From Octopus vulgaris (lineage: Eukaryota): DNA of 64,000 nt. The stretch spans positions 9,362,001 to 9,426,000 of the forward strand of contig OX597842.1 of NCBI GenBank assembly GCA_951406725.2, in the 5' to 3' direction. The translations under genes and the position numbers were made by a program. Positions 40,727 to 48,698 of the stretch are shown here, in pieces (the first letter of the stretch is position 1; each line of letters starts with the position of its first letter). The notes under the pieces are model-generated. The model did not search any database and was not told the DNA's origin. It saw only the letters and a program-made list of their open reading frames with translations.

Positions 40727-43176
40727 GTGTGTTTGTGTGTCTGTGTTTGTCCCCCCAACATCGCTTGACAACCGATGCTGATGTGTTTACGTCCCCTTAA
40801 CTTAGCGGTTCGGCAAAAGAGACCAATAGAATAAGTACTAGGCTTTCAAAGTATAAGTCCTGGGGTCAATTTGCTTGGCTTAAAGGCGGTGCTCCAGCAT
40901 GGCCACAGTCAACTGACTGAAACAAGTAAAAGAATAAAATAAATAAACATAATCTCACGTGTATGACTCTGGATTAACAAGAGGCTGGAGGATAATCTGT
41001 TGTATGGGTTCTGGGAGATTATGTTGCGACACTGGTTTGGACATGGCGCGACCCTTTGAATCAACCTTCCATATAAGTAAGGTACCAGACTGGAAATAAA
41101 AATAGGGGTCAGAGAATAAGTTTTGTTGCAGTTGTGGTTCTTTAGCCCCAGGTTGGCCCTAATCCAGAAGCCCTATGATCAAAGTTCTTCCAGAAGTGGC
41201 TATCTCCCCCCACTTCCATTGTCACTAACTCCTACTCCCTCTCCCTTACTTCCTCAAACACTTTCCCCGCCAACTTCCACTCCCTCACTCTCCCGCCCAC
41301 TTTGTCACACTAACTCCCACTCCCTCTGTTTATCTCTCTCCTACTCCTTAGTTACAAACCTCACTCCCTCTCATTGTCTTTCTCTCTAACTCCCACTCCT
41401 TCTCTCTGTTTATCTCTCTCCTACTCCTTAGTCACAAACCTCACTCCCTCTCATTGTCTTTCTCTCCTACTCCCTTTCTCTCTAACTCCCACTCACAATC
41501 TCTGTTTATCTCTCTTGACCTAAGAAGCATCAGATGTGGTGTGCAAGAAAGACAACTGCACTGGTATGGTCATGTGGCGAGAATGGATGAGGATAGCTGT
41601 GTGAAAAAGTGCCACACCCTAGCAGTTGAAGGAACCTGTGGAAGAGGTAGACCCAGGAAGACCTGGGTTGAAGTGGTGAAGCACGACCTTCAAACATTAG
41701 GCCTCACCGAGGCAATGACTACTGACCGAGACCTTTGGAAATATGCTGTGCTTGAGAAGACCCAGCAAGCCAAGTGAGGCCATAACCCGTGGTCTATGCC
41801 AAGGGTGTAACCAGCCCACTTATGCGTACCTTTCCTTCATTGGACACTAAACTCTGCTTGCGAAGACCTGTTGAGGCAAGTGAAATTGAAATCAAATTCA
41901 ATGACTGGCATCCGTTCAAGTGATCATTGCCAGAGCAGCTAAGTGGCTTCCGTGCCGGTTGCACATATAAAACACCATTCATGCGTGATCGTTACCAGTG
42001 CCGCTGGACTGGCTCCTGTGCAGGTGGCACATAAAAAATACCATTTAAGCATGGCCATTGCCAGTATCACCTGACTGGCCCTTGTGCCGGTGCCATGTAG
42101 AAGCACCCACTACACTCTCGGAGTGGTTGGCGTTAGGAAGGGCATCCAGCTGTAGAAACTCTGCCAGCTCAAGACTGGAGCCTGGTGCAGCCATCTGGTT
42201 TGCCAGTCCTCAGTCAAATCATCCAACCCATGCTAGCATGGAAAGCAGACGTTAAACGATGATGATGATGACTCCCTCTGTCCCCCATCTCCCACTCCCC
42301 CTTTCTATTAATCACTGCATCTTACCCACTGTCATGAACTCCTACTCCCTATCACTGTTTACCTCTTTCCTACTCCCTCTGTCACTAACTCCCATTCCCT
42401 CTCTTTATTTATCTCTCTCCCACCCACTTTGTCACTAACTCCCACTCCCAGCTTATCTCTCTCTCCTACTCCCTTTGTCACTAACTCCCACTCCTCACTG
42501 TTTATCTCCCCTACACTCTTTCTCACTCACTCCCACTCTCTGTTTATCTCTATCTCCTACTCCCTTCGTCACTAACTCCCACTCCTCACCGTTTATCTCT
42601 CCTACCCTCTTTCTCACTAACTCCCACTCCCGCACTCTGTTTATCTCTCCCCTACTCCCTTTGCCCCAAATTCCTACTCTCACTACCCCTCTCTCTTACC
42701 CCCACTTTTCCCCCCTACCCACTTCACTCACCTCATCTCCAGACACAATCCTGGCCCCGAATGAACTCCAACAGAGCGAAGTCACCGCTGTGCTATGAAC
42801 CTGTTCCATGTGGCTCATCTCCTTTGCATCCAGCCTCCACAATGTGATGGCACCATCCTTCCAGGCGACGCACAGCACCAATTTGGTTGGGTGCCACTGC
42901 ATAACGCTCACAGCAGAGCTTTGTTTCAGGGGTTCAACACCAACAGAATCTCCCTGAAATTAAAAATTTAGAAAACAAAAATATTTTATTATTCATTAAG
43001 CATTTAAACTGATGCTGGCTGGGTGGTTAAGAAGCTTGCTTCCCAGCTGTGTGGTTCTGAGTTCAATCCCACTGCATGGCATCTTGGGAAAGTGTCTTCT
43101 CTTATCAACCTAGACCAATCAAAGCCTTATGAATAAATTTAGTAGAGAGAAACAGGAAGAAACCCCAAATGTATGC

Positions 43177-43230
<54 letters not shown>

Positions 43231-45301
43231 ATGTATTCATATACATATATGTATATGGTGATGCTCTAGATAGAAATAACTACAGGGGTATCAAACTGCT
43301 GGGTCAGGTAATGAAGGTCACGGAGAGGGTCATAGCCCAACTAATTAGGGAGAGAGTTAGCCTAGATGAGATGCAGTTTGGTTTTGTGCCTGGCAGAAGC
43401 ACCACTGATGTCATATTCATGGTTCGACAACTGCAGGAGAAATACCGAGCCAAAGATAAACCCATATACTTAGCTTTTGTGGACTTGGAGAAAGCCTTTA
43501 ACAGGGTCCCCCGATCCCTTATCTAGTGGGCGATGCGGAAGCTGAGCCTTGGTGGACGCCAACTTCTACCTGGAATTCTTCACTGTACTCATTGCCAAAC
43601 TTAACCTTACTAACAGCCTCTCTGTAGAGGGCTTGTACAGCCCCTATTAACCATTCGTCATTTTACTGCAGCCATGCTGGAGAGCACCGCCTTTAGTCAA
43701 ACAAATCAACCCCAGGACTTATTCTTTGTAAGCCTAGTACTTATTCTATCGGTTCCTTTTGCCAAACCGCTAAGTTAAGGGGATGTAAACACACAAGCAA
43801 CGGTTGTCAAGCAATGTTTTGAGGACAAACACACACACAGTTTCCGTCTACCAAATCCACTCACAAGGCTTTGGTCGACCCGAGGCTATAGTAGAAGACA
43901 CTTGCCCAAGGTGCCACACAGTGGGACTAAACCTGGAACCATGTGGTTGGTAAACAAGCTACTTACAACACAGCCACTGGTGCAGCCCTGGCTTCCCAGA
44001 CCCCGGTCGAACCATCCAACCCGTGCTAGCGCGGAAAACGGATGTTAAACGATGATGATGATATATGTCTATATCTAGCATATTGACCGTCCACTTTTAG
44101 TGGTCAGTCCTTTAAATTTTGTATGTAAAAAATATTTTAATCTTCGGATTTTTTTTAATATGCTAGGCCACTGGTTTTAATTGATTAATATCAATTTCTA
44201 CCCTTATTCAATTTTAAATAATAAAAAAATGTTCTCTAATTGGTAAATTGACTACTGTAGCTTATTAACTGCAGGGTAGATTTCCGATCTCAGTGCACCA
44301 AAGTGAAGGCATTTGAAGGGTATACATAAGTATAATTTGTTGAACTCCATGCATGCAGGACTCTGGTCAAACGTTATGTATCTAGTTCTGGAAATTGTGT
44401 TTGTATACGACAGACTATGCTGATGAGCTTGTAGATTTTCACGTATCCATATGTGTGGATATTAACAAGCGAAACATAGGTAATCATATTTATTTCGTAT
44501 ATTTTCATTTGTCTTGCTTATTTTTTACACTTTGGTTTTGTGCTGAGTTTTTTCTTGAGAACACATTCTTTGTGGAAAATAGCGATTTTGATGCCTATAT
44601 CTAGCATATTGACCGTCCACTTTCAGTGGTCAGTCCTTTAAATTTTGTATATACATATACATATATATATAAATTCAGGGTGAATACTTGATAATTGTAA
44701 GCACCTGTATATACCATTTAGTGGTGTAGGTGGTAGAGAGTATATTAATCAAAATAAAAACATGATGCCAAGGATTCAGCGGTACATATGTTTCGGGCCT
44801 TTATTAGACGGATTTATAACAATGCATAATGTGTCTATGGCCTTCTTCAGCCGCGTACAATTACTACTTCAAGGACATGTATTACATTATAAGTTTTACA
44901 TTATAAGTAACGTAAAACTTATAATGTAATACATGTCCTTGAAGTAGTAATTGTACGCAGCTGAAGAGGCCATAGATACACATTATGCATTGTTATAAAT
45001 CCGTCTAATAAAGGCCCGAAACATATGTACCGCTGAATCCTTGGCATCATGTTTTTATTTTGATTAATATATATATACAGAAAATAGCCCACATACACAT
45101 GCACAACTAAGCTAAACAGAACAGAAGAATGACAACTGAAATGAGCCAACTTACCGTTTCATTGAAGATGTAGACGCCAGCCCCGCTGTCATCGTCAAAG
45201 AGGACACCAATAGCCAGAAGACGCTCAATCGGGTGCCAAGTCGTGTGGGTGTAGACACCAGCCAAATCAGCAGAAATACAGTGATCGAAGAACACTGCCA
45301 T
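812..45301 (-). CDS. IFT140: Intraflagellar transport protein 140 (IFT-A core; N-terminal WD40 propellers, C-terminal TPR/solenoid); 26 coding exons in window, 3' end lies left of the window
   Basis: Hand-spliced exons give a 1211-codon open frame with consistent phases and GT-AG introns. Recognisable IFT140 motifs: [98 protein letters not shown]. Confidence 0.97.
1151..1224 (+). ncRNA. Type I hammerhead ribozyme motif (Penelope/retrozyme-like)
   Basis: ATCATA-CTGACGA-GTCT...AGAC-GAAA-CCGG-TA-TATGAT: 6-bp stem I, intact core, palindromic ACCGGT stem III, GUA cleavage triplet. Confidence 0.85.
1926..2054 (-). CDS. IFT140: IFT140 coding exon 25 ([14 protein letters not shown]...AVMLYHK)
   Basis: 129 nt, gttacag / GTGAGT, phase 0-0. 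Confidence 0.95.
2845..2988 (-). CDS. IFT140: IFT140 coding exon 24 ([22 protein letters not shown]...NAIRLCK)
   Basis: 144 nt, tttctag / GTCAGT, phase 0-0. Confidence 0.95.
3232..3292 (+). ncRNA. Type I hammerhead motif in a Penelope pLTR-like fragment
   Basis: GATAA-CTGAAGA-GATG...CATC-C-GAAA-CTCAGAG-TT-TTATT; similar to the motif at 57604-57666 beside the GIY-YIG ORF. Confidence 0.65.
3506..3882 (+). mobile_element. RTE internal fragment covering the PHD-like insert
   Basis: [25 protein letters not shown]...FVCGRC...[11 protein letters not shown], paralogous to 10360-10740. Confidence 0.88.
3990..4122 (-). CDS. IFT140: IFT140 coding exon 23 ([12 protein letters not shown]...[14 protein letters not shown])
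   Basis: 133 nt, tttgcag / GTATGG, phase 2-0. Confidence 0.94.
4199..4522 (+). mobile_element. tRNA-derived SINE family C
   Basis: GGAGGCGCAATGGCCCAGTGGTTAGGGCAG (A-box) ... TTTCGATTCCC (B-box). Related copies near 18222, 27482, 27955, 31709, 31984, 37059 and 47343. Confidence 0.85.
4854..4949 (-). CDS. IFT140: IFT140 coding exon 22 ([15 protein letters not shown]...SKDK)
   Basis: 96 nt, ttttacag / GTAAGT, phase 2-2. Confidence 0.92.
5228..5449. mobile_element. AT-rich foldback element (~95-bp arms)
   Basis: 5228-5321 is a near-perfect reverse complement of 5357-5449. Confidence 0.8.
6090..6900 (+). repeat. Degenerate tandem array (~140-185-bp units) with decayed minimal hammerhead-like motifs
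   Basis: Repeated CTGAAGAAGAGC....GCTCAAAAC...TTTTCCTGAGCA.CAACC..ATAC. Confidence 0.7.
7057..7163 (-). CDS. IFT140: IFT140 coding exon 21 ([18 protein letters not shown]...)
   Basis: 107 nt, aatgcag / GTAAGG, phase 0-2. Confidence 0.92.
7240..7975. repeat. ~120-160-bp dispersed satellite (TAGTGTATCTAGGACTACATTATCTAATG family)
   Basis: About 5 tandem units; the same family occurs at 21205-22030 and 36255-37930. Confidence 0.9.
8156..8239 (-). CDS. IFT140: IFT140 coding exon 20 ([28 protein letters not shown])
   Basis: 84 nt, ttgacag / GTGAGT, phase 0-0. Confidence 0.93.
8293..8576. repeat. 27-bp minisatellite, about 10 copies
   Basis: Unit ATCAGCATCAATCATCATCAGTCATAT. Confidence 0.95.
9001..9120 (+). 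mobile_element. Short 3' fragment of the same RTE, tail-to-tail with the long copy
   Basis: Near-identical reverse complement of 9171-9286, ending in (GAT)n. Confidence 0.9.
9171..12142 (-). mobile_element. 5'-truncated RTE-clade LINE (end of APE domain, RT with YADD, PHD-like insert, 3' UTR, (GAT)n tail)
   Basis: Motifs [76 protein letters not shown]; three 1-bp frameshifts; both ends abut TA-rich tracts. Confidence 0.93.
12841..13018 (-). CDS. IFT140: IFT140 coding exon 19 ([14 protein letters not shown]...LNMV)
   Basis: 178 nt, attgcag / GTAAGT, phase 2-0. Confidence 0.95.
13220..13712 (-). mobile_element. RTE 3' UTR fragment with ~60-bp internal tandem units
   Basis: Matches 9171-9500; repeated ggatggtgcttttacgtgccacc units; (GAT)n tail. 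Confidence 0.85.
13839..13967 (-). ncRNA. Type I hammerhead motif with long stem II
   Basis: ATAATCT-CTGACGA-AGCC...GGCT-GAAA-CAGCTG-TA-AGTTAT; palindromic ACAGCTGT; stem II is extended by TCTACCT/AGGTAGA and ATTACT/AGTAAT. Confidence 0.75.
14133..15740. repeat. 106-bp minisatellite, about 15 copies
   Basis: Unit GGCTACCTCACATTATATAAGGGTGGGTGG...GGAGAGGAGATACAT; the period is confirmed by 106-nt spacing of identical ORFs. Confidence 0.95.
15861..16141 (-). CDS. IFT140: IFT140 coding exon 18 (...[11 protein letters not shown]...[12 protein letters not shown])
   Basis: 281 nt after a 109-nt intron, ctttcag / GTAAGT, phase 0-2. Confidence 0.92.
16251..16373 (-). CDS. IFT140: IFT140 coding exon 17 (VLIVSLFAT...[14 protein letters not shown])
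   Basis: 123 nt, catacag / GTGAGT, phase 0-0. Confidence 0.92.
16395..17230. repeat. GA/GT compound microsatellite
   Basis: Repeated GTGTGAGTGA / GAAGGAGA units. Confidence 0.9.
18620..18815 (-). CDS. IFT140: IFT140 coding exon 16 (...YPVSHFWD...LLSCEA...)
   Basis: 196 nt, T-run gaatcag / GTAAGT, phase 2-0. Confidence 0.9.
18868..19138. repeat. 19-bp minisatellite, about 14 copies, running into a SINE B head
   Basis: Unit GTGGCTTATAGG(C/T)(A/G)CAGGA. Confidence 0.95.
20325..20512 (-). CDS. IFT140: IFT140 coding exon 15 ([17 protein letters not shown]...)
   Basis: 188 nt, gttacag / GTAAGT, phase 0-2. Confidence 0.87.
21205..22030. repeat. Same satellite family, two arrays in opposite orientation
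   Basis: Forward units to ~21582, reverse-complement units from ~21608. Confidence 0.85.
22112..22229 (-). CDS. IFT140: IFT140 coding exon 14 (KIRPHS...SRISLLCMK)
   Basis: 118 nt, gttgcag / GTGAGT, phase 2-0. Confidence 0.9.
24020..24251 (+). mobile_element. SINE family A nested in an RTE-tail repeat
   Basis: TSD AGAAACCATGCCAAATCA on both sides. Confidence 0.88.
24757..24884 (-). CDS. IFT140: IFT140 coding exon 13 ([14 protein letters not shown]...FDLSR)
   Basis: 128 nt, ttgcaaag / GTATGT, phase 0-2. Confidence 0.93.
25486..25577 (-). CDS. IFT140: IFT140 coding exon 12 (TFETDS...VKVRTFQ)
   Basis: 92 nt, atttcag / GTAAGT, phase 1-0. Confidence 0.92.
25720..26165 (+). mobile_element. tRNA-derived SINE family B (~450 bp, internal TA/TG microsatellite)
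   Basis: Head GGCGCAGGAG.GGCTGTGTGGTAAG, B-box GGTTCAGTCCC, tail GAAACAAGTAAAAGAG. Other copies near 5040, 5668, 17803, 19120, 29750, 40523, 43663, 45662, 45890, 50635, 59820, 60290 and 63780. Confidence 0.9.
26265..26830 (+). mobile_element. CR1-like LINE 3' fragment
   Basis: LVRPILEYG...LESVQ...YEERL...GDLI...GHSEKL...[13 protein letters not shown] is a typical CR1 ORF2 C-terminus. Confidence 0.85.
26970..27048 (-). CDS. IFT140: IFT140 coding exon 11 ([17 protein letters not shown]...)
   Basis: 79 nt, ctttcag / GTAAGT, phase 0-1. Confidence 0.92.
28441..28551 (-). CDS. IFT140: IFT140 coding exon 10 (IAVIQTSP...VKGVYTTK)
   Basis: 111 nt, ttctatag / GTAAGC, phase 0-0. Confidence 0.9.
28739..28971 (+). 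mobile_element. SINE family A, young copy
   Basis: TSD TATGTGGTCGTTAAA at 28724-28738 and 28972-28986. Confidence 0.9.
29185..29445 (+). mobile_element. Possible L1/Tx1-like ORF2 linker remnant
   Basis: [29 protein letters not shown] resembles the EN-RT linker. Confidence 0.35.
29554..29646 (-). CDS. IFT140: IFT140 coding exon 9 ([11 protein letters not shown]...HLNHQ)
   Basis: 93 nt, gtttcag / GTGAGT, phase 0-0. Confidence 0.9.
31053..31198 (-). CDS. IFT140: IFT140 coding exon 8 ([14 protein letters not shown]...)
   Basis: 146 nt, ttttacag / GTAAGG, phase 1-0. Confidence 0.92.
32333..32439 (-). CDS. IFT140: IFT140 coding exon 7 (MFDLDKEEN...FCPRRG)
   Basis: 107 nt, tttccag / GTGAGT, phase 2-1. 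Confidence 0.9.
33295..33674. mobile_element. Tc1/mariner-type MITE (380 bp)
   Basis: TIR CACT..CGTCAGAAATTAATTAGCAC / GTGCTAATTAATTTCTGACG..AGTG, with TA on both flanks. Confidence 0.85.
33823..34230. mobile_element. hAT-like MITE
   Basis: Imperfect TIRs CAGG.CATGTACCAT / ATGGCACGTCCCTG; 8-bp flanks ATATATAC / ATACATAC (low complexity, so weak support). Confidence 0.55.
34604..34692 (-). CDS. IFT140: IFT140 coding exon 6 (VKLNGKSEN...GESVIR)
   Basis: 89 nt, atttcag / GTGAGA, phase 0-2. Confidence 0.9.
35307..35828. mobile_element. Tc1/pogo-type MITE interrupting a SINE
   Basis: TA-CTGTAAATCCTCAAGTATAGTCTGC ... GCAGATTATACTCAAGGATTTACGG-TA. Confidence 0.8.
36006..36184 (-). CDS. IFT140: IFT140 coding exon 5 (GVYHILENG...AEELMK)
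   Basis: 179 nt, ttcacag / GTGAGT, phase 1-0. Confidence 0.92.
36255..37930. repeat. Same satellite family, about 10 units, interrupted by SINE C at 37059-37366
   Basis: Repeated CCTATGATCAAAGATGTTCCAGCTGTGACCATCC...GGACTACATTATCTAATG. Confidence 0.9.
37946..38094 (-). CDS. IFT140: IFT140 coding exon 4 ([20 protein letters not shown]...)
   Basis: 149 nt, tactag / GTATGT, phase 2-1. Confidence 0.92.
39175..39286 (+). pseudogene. 5S rRNA pseudogene / 5S-derived head
   Basis: CCATATCACTTTGAAAACACCAGTTCTCCTCCGATCACCGAAGTTAAG...GTTAGTACATAGATGGGTGACCGCTTGGGAA...GGTGCTGTA follows the metazoan 5S sequence, with an apparent ~5-nt deletion after GTTAAG. Confidence 0.88.
40959..41089 (-). CDS. IFT140: IFT140 coding exon 3 ([14 protein letters not shown]...)
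   Basis: 131 nt, tttccag / GTGAGA, phase 0-2. Confidence 0.9.
41515..42271 (+). mobile_element. RTE 3' end (C-terminus, 3' UTR, (GAT)n tail) inserted in a CT-rich repeat
   Basis: [33 protein letters not shown]...; same family as 9171-12142. Confidence 0.9.
42732..42953 (-). CDS. IFT140: IFT140 coding exon 2 (GDSVG...WHPTKLVL...IVSGDE)
   Basis: 222 nt, atttcag / GTGAGT, phase 0-0, WD40 motif. Confidence 0.94.
43257..43660 (+). mobile_element. RTE RT fragment with its last ~118 bp inverted
   Basis: NNYRGIKLL...KAFNRVPR on plus; the next RT segment DEWL...GVHQGS reads on minus at 43543-43660. Confidence 0.85.
44416..44488 (+). ncRNA. Hammerhead motif (stem I out of register by 2 nt)
   Basis: TATG-CTGATGA-GCTTGT...ACAAGC-GAAA-CATAGG-TA-ATCATA. 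Confidence 0.6.
44779..44854 (-). ncRNA. Hammerhead motif, left arm of inverted repeat
   Basis: GCGG-CTGAAGA-AGGCC...GGCCC-GAAA-CATATG-TA-CCGC; the first stem II pair is an A.C mismatch. Confidence 0.7.
44957..45033 (+). ncRNA. Hammerhead motif, right arm of inverted repeat
   Basis: GCAG-CTGAAGA-GGCC...GGCCC-GAAA-CATATG-TA-CCGC; one stem I mismatch. Confidence 0.65.
45155..45301 (-). CDS. IFT140: IFT140 coding exon 1 (MAVFFDHC...YIFNET)
   Basis: ATG at 45301; 147 nt; donor GTAAG; upstream acceptor tttcag opens the exon at 45345 (44 nt 5' UTR). Confidence 0.93.
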
Positions 45302-46701
45302 GGGGGTGGTGGGATTGGAGGTGGGGTTAGAATTACCTTTGACACCTGAAATTGAACGCAGAATGTAAATGGAAATTGTACAAGGGGAGAGAACTAGTGG
45401 CGGCAAATAATTTTCATTACATTTTGTGAACTGTTGAGAGTAAAATGCATAAGATTTAAGGGCTTGGGTACACGGGTGGGTACAAAGAAGATATATATGC
45501 ATGGTTCTTTCCGCCGAGGTCGACTTTGCCTTTCATCCTTTTGGGTCGATAAATTAAGTACTAGTTACGCACTGGGGTCGATGTAATCAGCTTAATCCCT
45601 TTGTCTGTTCTTGTTTGTCCCCTCTGTGTTTAACCCCTTGTGGGCAATAAAGAAATAATATATGCATGGTTCTGTGGTAAGAAGCTTGCTTCCCAACCAC
45701 AAGGTTCTGGGTTCAGTCTCACAGCGTGGTATCTTGGGCAAGTGTCTTCTACTATAGCCTCGGACCGACAAAGCCTTGTGAGTGGATTTGGTAGACAGAA
45801 ATTGAAAGAAGCCCGTTGTATATATATATGTGTATATTTATGTGTGTGCCCTTGTGTCTGTGTTTGTCCCCACCCCATCACTTGACAACTTTTGCTGAAC
45901 CGCTAAGTTACGGGGACGTAAACACACCTTTATTGGTTGTCAAGTGATGTCGGGGGAGACAAACACGGACACACACACATATATATACGACAGGCTTCTT
46001 TCAATTTCCGTCTACCAAATCCATTCACAAGGCTTCGGTCGGCCCGAGGTTATAGTAGAAGACACTTGCCCAAGGTGCTATGTAGTGGGACTGAACCCAA
46101 AACCATGTGGTTCGTAGTGCACAGGTTAATTTTCAGTAACTCTGCCCAAATAACTCTGTCATCTGGTAAAATTTGAAATATTTTATGCCAAAACGATTTG
46201 ACGGATCATGATATCTGATGAGCTCCAGGTTTTCCCTACTACAACCCAAACTCCCATATATGTCTGTTCTGGGAGGGATCTGTTTCTATGATACGGAGAT
46301 TTTGTGGTTTTGAAGTTGGACTGAGAAATTTTCTGCTGTTCAGAATTTGTCTTGCACCATCAGAACCCAGAATTTTAGGGCTCTAGATGAACATCTCAGT
46401 TGCCTTGTGAGCAGCGGCAGCCCAGTTCAGGAATTTGGACGTATAATCAGCCGGATATATATTTCTTTACTGCCCACAAGGGGCTAAACATAGAGGGGAC
46501 AAACATGGACAGACAAAGGGATTAAGTCGATTACATTGACCCCAGTGGGTCACTGGTACTTAATTTATCAACCCTGAGAGGATGAAAGGCAAAGTTGACC
46601 TTGGCGGAATTTGAACTCAGAACGTAACGACAGACGAAATACTGCTAAGCATTTCACCCGGCACGCTAACGTTTCTGCCAGCTCAGCCGGATATAGTTAC
46701 A

Positions 46702-47103
46702 TCATCATCATCATCATTGTTCGACCGTGGTCAAGACAATGGAATTTACCATGCTACGCCAGACTTCACGGTCCATCATGGCATTACGGAGGTCCCGTTG
46801 CTGGATGCCTGTATCCCTGGAGATTACATCAGGGTAGGAGAGTGTGCACCCTCTGGTATTGCGAGTAGATGGCTTCCAGAGGAGAAGAGTAGAAATTACC
46901 TCTTTTTCAGCTCTACAACAATGTCCAGCAAACTGGACTCTCCTACCTTTGACAAGAGATGACACAGGTGGTAGTTTCCCATATAGTTGTACTTTGGTTG
47001 GATGACGCTTCCACGAGAGATTTTGAGCTCTCATAAGGAGGCGAGTGTAGGTTCCATCCAACCGCCTCTCAAGCTTCTTTGATAATGTCCAGGTTTCTGA
47101 GCC
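46702..47103 (-). mobile_element. 3' end of a second RTE-like LINE family with (GAT)n tail and 11-bp TSD
   Basis: YGSETW...LDGTYTRLL...FAGHC...; ATATAGTTACA at 46691-46701 and 47104-47114. Confidence 0.85.
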
Positions 47104-48261
47104 ATATAGTTACACAGATGTATTGTGATCACTTTGACTCCATCCCAAAGTGATCACAATAAAAGGCTTCCAATATATATATGAGGGGGTGCTGAAAAGC
47201 CCATGGCTATAAAGGTGTCGCAAAAGGCCCAACCTTCCAAGTTCTTTAACAGGGCTTGGAAAACTGAAGGACTGCTGCAACAAGTATGTGAATCTAAGAG
47301 GGGAATATGTTTAAGAAAACCACAATTAACTGATCTTCCTATACATGGCACTCCGTCGGTTACGATGACGAGGGTTCCAGTTGATCAGAATAAAGGAACA
47401 GACACATATACCCTTAACGTAGTTCTCGGGGAGATTCAGCGTGACACAGAGTGTGACACAGCTGGCCCTTCGAAATACAGGTACAATAAAAACAGGAAAA
47501 AGAGGGAGAGAAAGTTGTGGTGAAAGAATACAACAGGGTTCGCCACCACTCCCTGCCAGAGATCATGGAGTTTTAGGTGTTTTCGCTCAATAAACACTCA
47601 CAACGCCCGGTCTGGGAATCGAAACCGCGAGTCCACTGCCCTAACCACTGGGCCATTGTGCCTCCATGATCCTCCTATATAATATATATACATATTGGAT
47701 ATATAAATACATAACTGCATATAAATACATTACTGCTCTATGCTTTAGAGTATTTCTTTTACAGATATATGGTATACTGACAATATATATATAGGGAGAG
47801 CAATAATAAATCTCTGAACGAGATATAAACAGTAACTGCACGACCTCCTTTCATCGAAAACCGGTGATTGTTGTACACCGGCGACAGGTCAATACCTAGA
47901 AACTGCAGTCCATGCATATCACTTAGGTTAACGAGAGAGGGATGACCTCCCTTTGCAAATACCATAAGGGCACAGAAAGTGTGCCTAAAGCCAGCTGGAG
48001 ACGATGTTCTCCTGGGGCTACAAGCTACAGTAACACCCACCCTTAGTGGTTAGCCATATTGAGATGGCAAGTATACCTCACATATATAGGGAGAGTTTAG
48101 GAAAAAAACAAAAGACGAAGACAGGTGGTGTACAAAATAAACAGATGCATTAGTATAATGCTCAGGAATTGAAAAAGGGTTTTACGTTTTGAGCCTACGC
48201 TCTTCTACAGAAAGGGACACAGAAAAAAACAAGGAGAGAAAAAAAATGTGTGTAGTGGCTA

Positions 48262-48477
48262 GGAGTGCTGAAAAGTTCGGGGCTTTAAGGGTGTTGCGAA
48301 AGGTCTGTTTGGAGGCCCAATCTTCTGAGTTTTTTTTACAGGGTTTAGACAAGCTGAAGGGCTGCTGCAATAAGTGTGTGAACCTGAGAGGAGAATATGC
48401 TGAATAAAATCATAATTAACTGATCCTTCTGTATTTTCTTTTACCCAAAATCAGGAACTTTTCGCCATCCCCTCGTG
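48262..48477 (+). mobile_element. mariner-derived MITE with transposase C-terminal remnant (related copy at 47180-47340)
   Basis: FFLQGLDKL...KCVNLRGEYAE* resembles the mariner C-terminus; ends GTGCTGAAAAGTTC / GAACTTTTCGCCATCCCCTCGT. Confidence 0.7.
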
Positions 48478-48511
48478 TATGTGAGACAGACAGACAGACG
48501 GATAGACAGAT

Positions 48512-48578
<67 letters not shown>

Positions 48579-48644
48579 CAGACAGATAGACGGGTAGATA
48601 GATATAGAGATAGATAGACGGGTAGATAGATAGATATATAGATG

Positions 48645-48698
<54 letters not shown>

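Noticed and set aside
45302-45502. N-terminal extension of IFT140 from the 131-aa ORF
   Set aside because: Homology starts at MAVFFDH (45301) and a good acceptor at 45346-45347 places the upstream part in an intron. A short extension from an upstream exon cannot be fully excluded.
46216-46290. CTGATGAGCTCC as another hammerhead core
   Set aside because: No complementary stem II arm followed by GAAA downstream.
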